Source: Candidatus Woesebacteria bacterium (GTDB lineage Bacteria; Patescibacteriota; Microgenomatia; UBA1400; MFAQ01). Taken from it: 64,000 bases of DNA. Location of the stretch: contig DAOORK010000001.1 in the NCBI GenBank assembly GCA_035389185.1, positions 65,006-129,005 on the forward strand, given 5' to 3'. Every line of letters starts with the position of its first letter. The stretch's first letter is position 1. The position numbers were made by a program, and so were the translations under genes. Below are positions 18,086-27,975 of this stretch, piece by piece. The notes under the pieces were generated by a model that ran no database searches, was not told the origin of the DNA, and saw only the letters and a program-made list of their open reading frames with translations.

Positions 18086-18826
18086 TTGATGATGAATGAG
18101 GCACTGATACGTATCGGAGATATTCCTGTTTACGGCTATGGATTAATTGTAGTCTTTTCCATTTTGTGGGGGTCATTTGTGTTTTATAAAAAGGCTTCTG
18201 AGTCACACTTTGAAGACAAGACGATTTTGGATAGCGTTGTTTTGAGTGCCTTTTGGGCTTTCATTGTTGGTAGGGTACTTTATGCACTACTGCATTTTGG
18301 AACTTTTGCTAAACACTGGTCTCGACTGCTTTTGTTAACGAACTATCCCGGTCTAGATAGATGGGGAGTGATTGCCGGTATTGCACTGGGTTTGTGGCTT
18401 TGTATTCGAAAAATTAAGGTAAAGTTTTTGGATTGGTTTGACCTGGTATCTCTTGGCATCACTGCTGGGTCTGCTATTTTGATGGGTGGTATAGCGGCCA
18501 TGACAGCAATGTGGCAGTACGCTGTTTTGGCGGTTTTGTATTTAGGCTTTTTTGTGTATTTTTGGAGAACCGAAAAGACTTACCGTGTTCTTGATTGGTA
18601 TCGAAACAACAAGACATCGGCAAGGTCAGGATACATAACCGGCTTGTCGATTACGGTTTGGGGGTTGTTGTATTTGGCAGAGACAATGTTAACCAAGACT
18701 TTTGTTTGGTCGAGTGGCGTTTTGGCGAGTGTGTTGTTTGTGGGAGGGTTGGTTTTAGTGTATATTAGGTCTGGCAGGACATTGGTAGAAGATATAAAAA
18801 CAATTTTAAAACATGGTAAAAAGTAA
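18086..18826 (+). CDS. Lgt-like membrane protein (putative prolipoprotein diacylglyceryl transferase, divergent)
   Basis: N-terminal IRIGDIPVYGYGLIVVFSILWG and FIVGRVLYALL resemble the Lgt N-terminus. Its position near lspA supports the call, but the canonical GN..N.E signature is not evident. Confidence 0.4.
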   Translation: MMMNEALIRIGDIPVYGYGLIVVFSILWGSFVFYKKASESHFEDKTILDSVVLSAFWAFIVGRVLYALLHFGTFAKHWSRLLLLTNYPGLDRWGVIAGIALGLWLCIRKIKVKFLDWFDLVSLGITAGSAILMGGIAAMTAMWQYAVLAVLYLGFFVYFWRTEKTYRVLDWYRNNKTSARSGYITGLSITVWGLLYLAETMLTKTFVWSSGVLASVLFVGGLVLVYIRSGRTLVEDIKTILKHGKK

Positions 18827-19187
18827 AAAACAGGGATTCCCAGCTCAAGTGTTAAAGCCGGTGGAGAAGTATCTAAAAGATGAGGAGAAAAAACTAAAAG
18901 TGTCAAAAAAAGAGCTGAAAGATGTTGATCCTTTTGTGATTGGAAATCGTGACGGCGATAACTCTGTGGATTCGGATGTGGCCGAGAACGTAGAACATGA
19001 TCGAGCTTTTGCAATGAGAATGTCAGTTTCAAAATCGTTAGTTGCGGTTAGAAAAGCATTGACAAGAATTAAGTTGGGGAAGTATGGCATTTGCTTGGGT
19101 TGCGGTAAGATGATAGATACGGATAGACTAGCGGTAACTCCAACTACGGAGTATTGTTTAGAATGCGCCAAGAAAGCCGAAAAATAA
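18813..19187 (+). CDS. DksA/TraR-family C4 zinc-finger protein
   Basis: C-terminal CLGCGKMIDTDRLAVTPTTEYCLECAKKAE matches the DksA/TraR C4 finger. Confidence 0.6.
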   Translation: MVKSKKQGFPAQVLKPVEKYLKDEEKKLKVSKKELKDVDPFVIGNRDGDNSVDSDVAENVEHDRAFAMRMSVSKSLVAVRKALTRIKLGKYGICLGCGKMIDTDRLAVTPTTEYCLECAKKAEK

Positions 19188-19606
19188 TTTGGGTGATTGG
19201 AATTGCGGCATTAGTGACAGTTTTGATTGATTTGTTTTGGCAGTTTTATTTTCGTTTACATTCTTTGGGAGTAGAAAACTTCGGAGTATCATTTGGACTG
19301 GGTAAGGAGTGGGGGAGAGTGTTGTCTTTAATTGCTTATGGATTTTTTGTTGTTTGGTATCTATGGGGAAGATATAGAGGAGATAGAAGAACGTGGCCGA
19401 TTTTGCTGGTGGCTTTGGGTGGATTGGGAAATCTGATCTGTCGTTTGGTGTGGGGTAGTGTATGGGATTACATTTGTTTTTCTTGGTTACCGTTTTGTTT
19501 TAATTTGGCCGACTTACTGATTTCCGTTGGAGCGATCTCGTATATACTTGGTGTTGATGGATATTCAAGTGTTGTACGAAGACAAAGAAACTCTGGTAAT
19601 AAATAA
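19154..19606 (+). CDS. lspA: Lipoprotein signal peptidase (signal peptidase II)
   Basis: GGLGNLICRL...WDYICF...LPFCFNLADLLISVGA matches the LspA conserved boxes (GNxxDR and FNxAD). Confidence 0.7.
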   Translation: MFRMRQESRKIIWVIGIAALVTVLIDLFWQFYFRLHSLGVENFGVSFGLGKEWGRVLSLIAYGFFVVWYLWGRYRGDRRTWPILLVALGGLGNLICRLVWGSVWDYICFSWLPFCFNLADLLISVGAISYILGVDGYSSVVRRQRNSGNK

Positions 19607-20285
19607 GCCGGTCGGATTGGTGGTTAATCGCTCGGAGTCGGTGTCCGGAAAAACTGTTCAAGATTGGATTGAAGAAAGGTTGGGTGATGAGTTGTTTAAA
19701 TATGAAGACAAAGTCTTTCGCCAAAGAAGCGGTTTTTGTCACCGTTTGGATAAAGAAACAAGTGGCTGTTTGGTGATCGCAAAAAACCCCGACGCCTTAA
19801 AATATTATTTGAAGCTGTTTAAAGACCGAAAACTAATAAAACAGTATGTAGCTTTGGTCCACGGCAGAGTCGAACCAAGTGAGGGTACCGTGGTCTTGCC
19901 ACTAAAAAGAAGTTTGTTTGATCGGGAAAAATGGCAAGTACATTATGAAGGTAAAAAAGCGATTACGGAATGGAGCGTAGTCGGAAGATTTAAATATGAG
20001 CAAAGTGAACACTGGAAAAACTCTTTGAGCTTATTGAAATTAAATTTGAAAACGGGGAGAACTCACCAGATAAGAGTACACTTATCATTTTTGGGCTGGC
20101 CAATTTTTGCTGACGAAAAATACTTAAATAAAGAACTGGCTGTGCGAGATAGACTTTTTTTGAGCCATCATTTTCTTCACGCGCAGTGGATGGAGTTTAA
20201 AACATACTCAGGCAATGAGATTAAAGTAGAAGCGCCTTTGCCTGATGATTGTATGATATTGCTTAAGAGACTGGTCGTAGATTAG
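19527..20285 (+). CDS. RluA-family pseudouridine synthase (RluD-like, no S4 domain). Likely start at Met 19557.
   Basis: Catalytic motif HRLDKETSGCLVIAKN. lspA-rluD adjacency is conserved in many bacteria. Confidence 0.8.
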   Translation: MERSRIYLVLMDIQVLYEDKETLVINKPVGLVVNRSESVSGKTVQDWIEERLGDELFKYEDKVFRQRSGFCHRLDKETSGCLVIAKNPDALKYYLKLFKDRKLIKQYVALVHGRVEPSEGTVVLPLKRSLFDREKWQVHYEGKKAITEWSVVGRFKYEQSEHWKNSLSLLKLNLKTGRTHQIRVHLSFLGWPIFADEKYLNKELAVRDRLFLSHHFLHAQWMEFKTYSGNEIKVEAPLPDDCMILLKRLVVD

Positions 20286-20291
20286 AATGGA

Positions 20292-21974
20292 TTGATGGAT
20301 GCATTTTTGATTGAAATTGTGGCGGTATTTGTGGTTGCCGTTTTAGTAGGAATTTTATTTCGTTATTTTGGTTTGCCTTCAATTATTGGTCATGTGTTGG
20401 CAGGATTTGGTTTAGGTTTTTCCGGATTGATTAGTGTATCGGGGGCTTCTACAATGGAGAGTTTAGGTTCGATTGGAGTGACTCTCTTACTATTTTTAGT
20501 GGGTTTGGAGCTTGACTGGAATGAGATCAAAAAGGTAGGTAAAGAGGCACTCTTGATATTTTTTGGCCAAACGATATTGTTGGTCGGAGTATATGTTTTC
20601 TTTGGTTTGTTTGCCTTGCGTTTTTCGGCAATGGCGGCAGTATTATTCGCGATAGCCATGACTTTTAGCAGTACTATCGTGGTGGTCAAGGTTTTGTCCG
20701 AGAAAAAAGAAATTAATGATTATTCCGGTCGTTTGTCTCTGGGAATATTACTTCTTCAGGATTTGCTGGCTATTGCCTTGTTAGTGTTTATCCCCAGTGT
20801 TCAATCAGGTTTTGTGATTTCGGATTTGGGAATCTTGATGGCAAAATTATTGGTGATTATTTTGCTGGTTAATATTTTGGGAAATGTGGCTATTTCCAAG
20901 TTAATGAAGCAGGTGATAAAGACAGCTGAAGATCTGGTTCTTTTGAGTTTAGTCTGGTTTGCGGCAGTGATCTATCTGTCCGTCAAAGTTTTGGGTTTGT
21001 CTCCGGAGATCGGTGGTTTGCTGGCAGGCCTGTCGCTATCTAGAAGTTGGGGTCACTTTCAGATTGTGAGTAAAGTAAGAATCCTGCGAGATGTCTTTCT
21101 AACAATGTTTTTTGTAGTTTTGGGTTTTGAAGTTGGGATGGGTGGAGTAAACTGGCCTTTGGTACTGACGTTGATTGTGATGATTCTGGTGGTGAAGTTT
21201 CTTGTTACCCACATGATGGCGAGATTTGTGGGTCTTAATGGAAGGACAGCAATTATTTTGGGAATTAACATGACACAAGTGTCTGAGTTTTCTTTGGTAG
21301 TGATGTCTGCCGGATTGATGTACGGAGTGTGGTCACAAGGCATTGTAAGGGCGGTGACAATGGCTACGTTGGTATCAATGACCTTGTCAACCATACTGAT
21401 GAGTAAGTCGGGAAAACTGAGTCTGCGATTAAAAAAGTTATCAAACTTGTTGTTTGATTTCCATGGAAAGGATAGGCAAAAAAAATTAGAAAACAAGAAT
21501 CATATTGTTTTGTTTGGGGGAGACAGAACGGGGAAAAGCATCTTGGCTTATTTAAATAAAAATGGGGAAAAGACAGTCGTGGTTGATTACAATCCGCAAA
21601 TAACTACTGAGCTTATTAGTAAGGGCGAGACGGTGATATTTGCTGATGCCTCCGATCCTGATGTTTTGGAGTTAGCGAATGTGAAGGACGCAAAACTGGT
21701 TATTTCTACCATGAAAAATATAAATGATTCGTTATCCCTACTGGAAGAGATAAAAGACGGGAAAATAGACGTACCGGTTATTGCCGACGCAGAGAGCCTT
21801 GAACAGGCAAAGCAGTTGTATGCGGCAGGAGCGGCATATGTAATACTCCCACATTTTGTGAGTGGTTGGCATATGGGTCAACTATCAAAAAAGTATGGGA
21901 AAGACAAAACGGTGTTGGAGAAATACCGTAAGAGACAGGATGGAGTGTTAAAGAAAACTTATGGTGAGTATTAA
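20292..21974 (+). CDS. Kef-type monovalent cation:proton antiporter (CPA2) with C-terminal RCK/TrkA-N domain
   Basis: ~12 TM N-terminal domain. Rossmann motif IVLFGGDRTGKSILAYL in the C-terminal domain. Confidence 0.75.
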   Translation: MMDAFLIEIVAVFVVAVLVGILFRYFGLPSIIGHVLAGFGLGFSGLISVSGASTMESLGSIGVTLLLFLVGLELDWNEIKKVGKEALLIFFGQTILLVGVYVFFGLFALRFSAMAAVLFAIAMTFSSTIVVVKVLSEKKEINDYSGRLSLGILLLQDLLAIALLVFIPSVQSGFVISDLGILMAKLLVIILLVNILGNVAISKLMKQVIKTAEDLVLLSLVWFAAVIYLSVKVLGLSPEIGGLLAGLSLSRSWGHFQIVSKVRILRDVFLTMFFVVLGFEVGMGGVNWPLVLTLIVMILVVKFLVTHMMARFVGLNGRTAIILGINMTQVSEFSLVVMSAGLMYGVWSQGIVRAVTMATLVSMTLSTILMSKSGKLSLRLKKLSNLLFDFHGKDRQKKLENKNHIVLFGGDRTGKSILAYLNKNGEKTVVVDYNPQITTELISKGETVIFADASDPDVLELANVKDAKLVISTMKNINDSLSLLEEIKDGKIDVPVIADAESLEQAKQLYAAGAAYVILPHFVSGWHMGQLSKKYGKDKTVLEKYRKRQDGVLKKTYGEY

Positions 21975-22845
21975 TAAAAAGTACCAGTATATTTTGGGAG
22001 TTTCTTTTTTGGCGATTCTGTTGTCTATTTTAATCATTAATTTGACACGAAGGGGGATTTTTAATAAAAATATTGGTTTTAATATTGTCGTGGTAGGGGA
22101 GAGGGAAATTAGTTTGCTTTTACTGCGTCCCGATGAAGAGATGGTTAGCTGGATAGAACTACCATCGGACGTGAAAGTGAAGATTTACAATTCTTCTGCA
22201 AGCTATCCAATTGCTTCATTATGGAGTTATGGATTGGGGGAAAGAAATCTGTTTGAAGTGGTGGAAAAATCGCTTGGTCAATCTATGGGAGTAATCGTAG
22301 CTCGGACAATTAAGATTGATAAAACGAAGGCTGAAGTTGAAGATGTATTGGGTGCACTGCTGTCGCTTAGAACTAAGACAGATTTAAGTGTGAGAGACAG
22401 GATGCTGATGAGAAAGTTTCTGGGTGAGATCGTGAAGTCAAAGAAAGTCCTGGAGCTTAGTTTACCCAACAATGCCGTTGATAAGGTGGTTGAGCCGGAT
22501 GGCAGAGAGTTTTCTGTTTTTAACACAACTACTTCAGTGTGGACAAAAAATAAGTTTGTTTTGGAACCTATTCTGGATGAAAACATTGATGTATCAGTAA
22601 ATAATGCTTCGGATGTTCAAGGATGGGGATTAATATTAGCTCATCAGCTTGAGTCTTCTGGAGTTCATGTGGTGGAGATAAAAGTAGACAAACTCGAAGA
22701 TATTCATGCAGATGGGTGTTTTTATGCGACAGAAGCGAGTTTTGAGATGACAGAGTCATTACTTAGAGATCAACTAGGCTGTAAAAAAATAAGTCGAAAA
22801 AATAGTGAGCTGTCTCAACCAAGAATGAATGTGTGGATAAAGTGA
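21961..22845 (+). CDS. LytR-CpsA-Psr (LCP)-like cell-envelope protein
   Basis: N-terminal TM anchor. NIVVVGERE...LLLLRPDEEMVSWIELPSDVKV resembles the LCP domain core. Confidence 0.4.
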   Translation: MVSINKKYQYILGVSFLAILLSILIINLTRRGIFNKNIGFNIVVVGEREISLLLLRPDEEMVSWIELPSDVKVKIYNSSASYPIASLWSYGLGERNLFEVVEKSLGQSMGVIVARTIKIDKTKAEVEDVLGALLSLRTKTDLSVRDRMLMRKFLGEIVKSKKVLELSLPNNAVDKVVEPDGREFSVFNTTTSVWTKNKFVLEPILDENIDVSVNNASDVQGWGLILAHQLESSGVHVVEIKVDKLEDIHADGCFYATEASFEMTESLLRDQLGCKKISRKNSELSQPRMNVWIK

Positions 22846-22846
22846 C

Positions 22847-23554
22847 TTAGGCTTCTTCGCTCATCAGAGGGTCATAAATCTCAAGTGGTGGAATCTCACT
22901 TGATTCGCCAGCCGAGAGGGAAGGAAGGAGTTCATTTTCATCCAGCGGGAAAGAGGGGATTCCCTTAAGACGTTTGGTGATGTGTATTTCTTGTATAAAT
23001 ACCTGAGGTGTTTTGGAGTTGACGGATTTCATGACCGTTTTGTATTTGTAGCCGGCTTTGAGTAAATGTAAAAGACGATGTGAGATGTTGTCGGGAAGGT
23101 AGCCAATAAAGATATTTTTTTGATCGGAAACTTTTACTTTATGTTTGCAACTGGATAGCTCAACTGGTTCACCAATATTGAGGGTAGAAAATATCTTTGG
23201 TTCAGCTTGGCTAACGAGAGGGATTACTTTTGATTTGCCCGGTTCTTCAATAAAGCTTACAGTTTGGATAAAGGGATTGATAAGGCCTGAAGACTTGTTT
23301 GATTTTAGACGCTGAATGTTGTTTTTGGCGATTGGGTTGTGTGGGTCAATTTTGATTACTTTTTCAAAATTATTTTGAGCTTTTTTGTTTTTGCCAACCA
23401 TGGAATAGGCAGTGCCGAGACGATTGAGAGTGGAGATGTCTTCCGGATAGGTCTCCAAAATTTTTTCATTGAGTTTGATGGCCTCGGCCCAGTTTTTACT
23501 GACGGAGGCTTTTATCGCTTCTTGTTGTAAATCGTGCGTTGAATCATTATTCAT
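22847..23554 (-). CDS. TPR-repeat protein
   Basis: The N-terminal ~100 aa form TPR-like helical repeats (AIKLNEKILETYPEDISTLNRLGTAYSMVGKNKKAQNNFEKVIKIDPHN). Confidence 0.5.
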   Translation of the reverse strand: MNNDSTHDLQQEAIKASVSKNWAEAIKLNEKILETYPEDISTLNRLGTAYSMVGKNKKAQNNFEKVIKIDPHNPIAKNNIQRLKSNKSSGLINPFIQTVSFIEEPGKSKVIPLVSQAEPKIFSTLNIGEPVELSSCKHKVKVSDQKNIFIGYLPDNISHRLLHLLKAGYKYKTVMKSVNSKTPQVFIQEIHITKRLKGIPSFPLDENELLPSLSAGESSEIPPLEIYDPLMSEEA

Positions 23555-23622
23555 GCTGAAGGAAATGATAGTGAGATTTTAGTGATATGTCAAGCCGTAA
23601 ATTGTTTGGTAGAATTGGTTAT

Positions 23623-24147
23623 ATGTCAGGTCACTCAAAATGGTCCACCATTAAACATCAAAAAGCGATTGAAGACAACAAGCGTGGTGCCGTGTTTACC
23701 AAAATTGCAAAAAAGATCCATATAGCGGTTAAAAAGGGTGGTTCGGGTGACGTTAATGTGAACCCTTTCTTAAGAGAATGCATTGAGGAGGCTCGGCAGG
23801 TTAATATGCCCACCGAAAATATAAAGAGAGCAATAGATAAGGCTTCGGGTGTTGGAGGAGCTGATGTGACAGAAGAGGTGGTATATGAGGCATATAGTAC
23901 CGAGGGCGTGGGAATATTAATTACGGCAGTTACGGACAACCGTAACCGAACAGCATCTGAAATTAATTCAGTATTAAATAAGCACAGTGCAAAGTTGGGT
24001 GGTCCGGGTTCAGTTTCTTATATGAAGTCGATTTCACCAGTACCAATGATTAGCTTGGGTGAGGAACAAAAACTAAAAGTTGAGGAATTACTTGAAGCAT
24101 TGTCCGATCTTGACGATACGGTTGATGTTTGGTCAAACTTAGATTAA
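23623..24147 (+). CDS. YebC/PmpR-family DNA-binding regulator (short form)
   Basis: MSGHSKWSTIKHQKAIEDNKRGAVFTKIAKKI is the canonical YebC N-terminus. Start chosen at Met 23623. Confidence 0.75.
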   Translation: MSGHSKWSTIKHQKAIEDNKRGAVFTKIAKKIHIAVKKGGSGDVNVNPFLRECIEEARQVNMPTENIKRAIDKASGVGGADVTEEVVYEAYSTEGVGILITAVTDNRNRTASEINSVLNKHSAKLGGPGSVSYMKSISPVPMISLGEEQKLKVEELLEALSDLDDTVDVWSNLD

Positions 24148-24150
24148 AAG

Positions 24151-24975
24151 ATGTCAAAAAGAACAAGATTCGTTTTGGTGAGCATTTTAATTGCTTTTTT
24201 GCTGTGGCTGACGTCACTAGCTCAAGTTGATTACCGATTTGGTTTTGTGATGGCAGTGGCGGCGGCTTCGTACATATTGTCGGCTTGGGTGCTGTTTGAC
24301 GATTTAAAGGGTATTGAGTGGATTACCTTACTGGTATTGCCTTTGATGTTTACTTTGGGGAGTGGATTGTTTTCTAACTTTTTACCGACAGCCTTTCCGG
24401 GGATGTTGGGAGTAACTTTTTCGACAGAGACGTCGCAGTTATTGGCTGGAATTTTTAAGGTGTTTTACTTTGTACTGGTAGCCATGGGCTTGTACGGGAT
24501 CCTTTTGATCGAGAATATCTTTTCGGTAGCCTCGATTAGAACCATACAGCTGTTTCGAGCTGCAAGGTCGGTAAATTTTATTTTGACTTTGGTGACTTCG
24601 TTGTTTTTCTTTACGGTCGCTTTGAGTTTGAAATTAGCTTTTTGGTGGGTGATGCCAATTTCTTTTATAACGTCTTTCTTGTTGGCCTATCCAAGTTTGT
24701 GGAGCGTCGACCTAAAGAACGATTTTGGTCCGGAAGTGTTTCGGTATGCGGTGTCATCAAGTTGGATAATCGCTCTAATGTCGGGAGTTCTATGTTTTTG
24801 GCCAGTTAAGCCATTCATGGGAGGTTTGATACTTACATCCGGGCTTTACGTCTTGTTTGGTATCCTTGAGCAGAAATTATCAAGTAGGGTATACCTCGAA
24901 AGTCTTTGGGAGTATGGTCTAACGATATTTATTATTTTAGCTGTTGGTTTTTTGACAACATCTTGGGTAGGATAA
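24151..24975 (+). CDS. Hypothetical polytopic membrane protein
   Basis: ~7 TM helices. No motif. Confidence 0.5.
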   Translation: MSKRTRFVLVSILIAFLLWLTSLAQVDYRFGFVMAVAAASYILSAWVLFDDLKGIEWITLLVLPLMFTLGSGLFSNFLPTAFPGMLGVTFSTETSQLLAGIFKVFYFVLVAMGLYGILLIENIFSVASIRTIQLFRAARSVNFILTLVTSLFFFTVALSLKLAFWWVMPISFITSFLLAYPSLWSVDLKNDFGPEVFRYAVSSSWIIALMSGVLCFWPVKPFMGGLILTSGLYVLFGILEQKLSSRVYLESLWEYGLTIFIILAVGFLTTSWVG

Positions 24976-26072
24976 ATACAGAAATACGTATTAAGTATTA
25001 TGTATTAAGTATTATGTATGGGAGAAGATAGGTATTAATTATTTCATTACGTAAGAAAAAAATTCGATGGCTGGTCAAAAAGGGGAGAGACCCTATAATA
25101 TAACACCCTATAATAAATATCCTATAACTAACATCCTATAATACTTTTCACAAAACAGCGAAGTTTTCACGAAATTTAGCAGACATGTGGATAACTTGCT
25201 AGGTGAGTGGGTTTGATATAGTTGGGGAAAGAATCAATGTAATTGAATTATGACTGTCGGGAGGTAGAGGTAAAACAATGATTATTTAATAATATATTTA
25301 ATTACACTAAATAATTTGATGACGGATATCTTTGAGAGAAGTGAAAGTGTTATTCTTCTGCACTTCCCTGTTTATCAGAACTATGCCCTAGGGAAGAATG
25401 CTTTATGATACGTCGCACAATAATACTTTTGCGACGTATTCCCAAATGTTGTGCACGAAACGTAACTGATTCGCCTTCTTAATATATTTGTATAAAATCC
25501 CGAAAACTTTTCGGTTTATGCTCCCCTTTGTTCATTTGTACTTGATTATTTGCTGTTTGTGCCTAGCTAGGCTCATTTTAGGTTTAACCATATAAAAACC
25601 CGAAAACCTGAGGCTAAAGTGGCATGATTAACTACTCACAAAAAGTTCCAGAAGCCGTTTTAGGGGCATTCTACGACCTCGGTTTTTAGGACTATTTTAG
25701 GTCTGTTTGGTAGTCTCTTTAATTAAGTAAAGAGACTAAAATGTTGTCTGTCTATTCTTGAATGAGTTCGATAAATCAAATTGATGTATTGAATTGAGAT
25801 TAATTTATCTATGGTAAAGAAAATATTACTTTATTTATTTCTCTAAAATATTTTTACTGGTTTTTAAATGAATTTTTATTTTTTTTGTAAATAATTTTTT
25901 TTATGATTTATTACCGCAAAGAATCTCTAGTTTTTGATTGTGGATAACTTTAGGATAACGTTTATTAAAAATTCTTTTCGGTCTCCCCTATTTATTACTC
26001 CCCTACTTTTCATGTTGTGAAAAAAATCTGATGTTTGCTAATTATGTCGCACAATATTTGCTATGATGAATT
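24976..26072. other. 1.1 kb AT-rich ORF-free region with DnaA boxes, tandem CCTATAAT repeats and multiple perfect hairpins (candidate origin or att/iteron region)
   Basis: No ORF of 60 aa or longer. TGTGGATAA at 25186-25194 and 25939-25947. CCTATAA(T/C) x4 at 25092-25142 with a 14-15 nt period. Hairpins at 25408-25439 and 25711-25738. Very AT-rich stretch at 25840-25915. Confidence 0.4.
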
Positions 26073-27020
26073 GTGGCTAAGAAAAAACCAGAAGACCTGA
26101 CTCTAAGAAGATTGATTCGTAGGTATTTAAGTTTTATTGAGGTGGAAAAAAACTATAGTAAGTTCACTATTCGGAACTACTCCCACTATCTTAAGATGTT
26201 TAGTGATTGGTTTGAGAAACATTATGAGCAAGAATATATTGAGAAGCTGACTGATGACATGGTACGTAGATACAGATTATTTTTAACCCACTTTGAAGAT
26301 GTCCACGGCAAGCGACTCTCCCCTACTACACAAAGTTATTATGTGATTGCCTTGCGAGCATTTCTGAAGTATTGTGCTCGAAAAGGCATAAAAACACTTT
26401 CACCGGAAAAAGTGGATTTACCAAAAAGCGAAAACCACAATATAAAGTTTTTGGAAAGAGAACAGGTTGAGAGACTGCTGATGGCCCCAGATACATCGAC
26501 GATGTCTGGGTTACGAGATAGAACTATTTTGGAAGTGTTATTTTCTACAGGTCTTCGTGTTTCTGAGTTAGCGAAACTTGATATAGATAAAATTGATCTT
26601 AAAGCTCGTGAGTTTGGTATTATCGGAAAAGGTCGTCGGGCACGGGTTGTATTTCTTACTGATAGAGCTGCCGGCTGGTTGGATAAATGGCTTTCTACCA
26701 GATCGGATCCCTTTAGAGCTTTGTGGATTAGGATACCAAAAAACGGAGAGTGGGATCCGGCTATGGGAGGTGAAAAAGCTCGCTTGTCTATTCGTGGAGT
26801 TCAAAGAATTGTGGAGAGATACAGAAGAGCTGCTGGTATATCTATGAGTGTAAGCCCTCATACTCTTAGACACTCGTTTGCTACAACCTTACTTCAGCAA
26901 GGTGCGGACTTGAGAAGTGTTCAAGAAATGCTGGGACATAAGAATGTGGCGACAACCCAGATATATACTCATGTGACGAATCCTCAACTAAAACAGATTC
27001 ACGATAAATATCTGAAATAA
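26073..27020 (+). CDS. Tyrosine site-specific recombinase, XerC/XerD-like
   Basis: C-terminal catalytic box HTLRHSFATTLLQQGADLRSVQEMLGHKNVATTQIYTHV. Core-binding N-terminal domain. GTG start. Confidence 0.85.
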   Translation: MAKKKPEDLTLRRLIRRYLSFIEVEKNYSKFTIRNYSHYLKMFSDWFEKHYEQEYIEKLTDDMVRRYRLFLTHFEDVHGKRLSPTTQSYYVIALRAFLKYCARKGIKTLSPEKVDLPKSENHNIKFLEREQVERLLMAPDTSTMSGLRDRTILEVLFSTGLRVSELAKLDIDKIDLKAREFGIIGKGRRARVVFLTDRAAGWLDKWLSTRSDPFRALWIRIPKNGEWDPAMGGEKARLSIRGVQRIVERYRRAAGISMSVSPHTLRHSFATTLLQQGADLRSVQEMLGHKNVATTQIYTHVTNPQLKQIHDKYLK

Positions 27021-27024
27021 AAAA

Positions 27025-27041
27025 AGCCCGCTATTGCGGGC
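27025..27041 (+). terminator. Rho-independent terminator after the recombinase gene
   Basis: Hairpin agcccgc-tatt-gcgggct followed by a T-rich tract. Confidence 0.55.
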
Positions 27042-27306
27042 TAAGGGTTTTGTATTCCCAGATGATGGTCATACAATTAACTGACGGACGGTGATTCCCA
27101 ACAGCTGGTGTTTGGTGAATTTGATGGCTGATTATCCTTTTGTTTGGGTTTTCATTGGCCCATCGATTTATACAGTGGGCAAGAAGAATAAAATTGTCTT
27201 CTACCCCACCTGACTTACCGCCATCTTTGGTAAGTTTTATCAGAACTAGAAACCCATTTCCTATATACTCGATTTCGTCTTCATGGTTTTTTGCTTTTGG
27301 AGACAA
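27031..27306 (-). CDS. Hypothetical small protein (TTG start)
   Basis: GGGAGG lies 7 nt upstream of the TTG start codon. 91 aa. No motif. Confidence 0.4.
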   Translation of the reverse strand: MSPKAKNHEDEIEYIGNGFLVLIKLTKDGGKSGGVEDNFILLAHCINRWANENPNKRIISHQIHQTPAVGNHRPSVNCMTIIWEYKTLSPQ

Positions 27307-27428
27307 CTTCGACCTCCCGTGTTCGAATTTTATGGTTCTTGCTATTATACTATATATAATATAGGATAGTCAAGGATTGACGATGTGATATAATATAAGT
27401 CTAAACAGCATTTTAACAAGGAGGCCTC

Positions 27429-27914
27429 GTGCAAATTACTGGAAAGAATTTTGGAACTATAAGGCCAGGTGAAGAGATTAAAGTTTCTGAGGCAAACGGC
27501 AGTACCATAAAGGGAATTGTTGCCTGTCGCAATGTTTTAGAAAATTCTTTGATCATGGCAGGCGGATTGGCAATTATTTCAAGTTTGGCTGTGGAAAGAA
27601 CCGGTAAGAGCTTTTCTGAGTTTTCTGTTTTTCCTCAGTTTTATTCTTATCTGGTACAAAATAAAATGCTTGTTACCAGGATGAACGAGATTCGTGTTGG
27701 TGATTGCATTTTAGTGTCGAGTGATGGGTTCAAGACGGTACGGGTGTTAACGATAGCTGTCTATGACCCAGATCGAGATATCGCTTTTGATACAGGTGGC
27801 ATGCCGATCGACATCAACAAAATGAAGATTGCTAAGACTGGTTTTCAAGAAGACACAGCGATGATTTTGATGAAGGGCAACCATTTATTATGCGATTGTG
27901 TAGTTTCCGAATAA
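27429..27914 (+). CDS. Hypothetical protein
   Basis: GTG start with AAGGAGG 7 nt upstream. Extended -10 promoter TGaTATAAT at ~27388-27396. Terminator hairpin at 27921-27937. Confidence 0.5.
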   Translation: MQITGKNFGTIRPGEEIKVSEANGSTIKGIVACRNVLENSLIMAGGLAIISSLAVERTGKSFSEFSVFPQFYSYLVQNKMLVTRMNEIRVGDCILVSSDGFKTVRVLTIAVYDPDRDIAFDTGGMPIDINKMKIAKTGFQEDTAMILMKGNHLLCDCVVSE

Positions 27915-27955
27915 TTTTAGACCCGGCTAAGGCCGGGTATTTTTGTGCAAAAAAA

Positions 27956-27975
27956 AGGCTCGCTTACGCGAGCCT
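27956..27975 (-). terminator. Terminator hairpin for minus gene 27964-28437 (convergent with the 27921-27937 plus-strand terminator)
   Basis: Hairpin aggctcgc-ttac-gcgagcct. On the minus strand it is followed by a T-run. Confidence 0.55.

Noticed and set aside
24976-26072. Large structured ncRNA (RNase P RNA, tmRNA, SRP RNA, 6S) in the ORF-free region
   Set aside because: I could not find their hallmark conserved motifs there by eye (RNase P P4 GGAAAGTCCGG/ACAGAAACCCGG, SRP GGAAGCAGCC, tmRNA tRNA-like 3' end). The region is too AT-rich. A covariance-model scan would be needed to exclude this formally.
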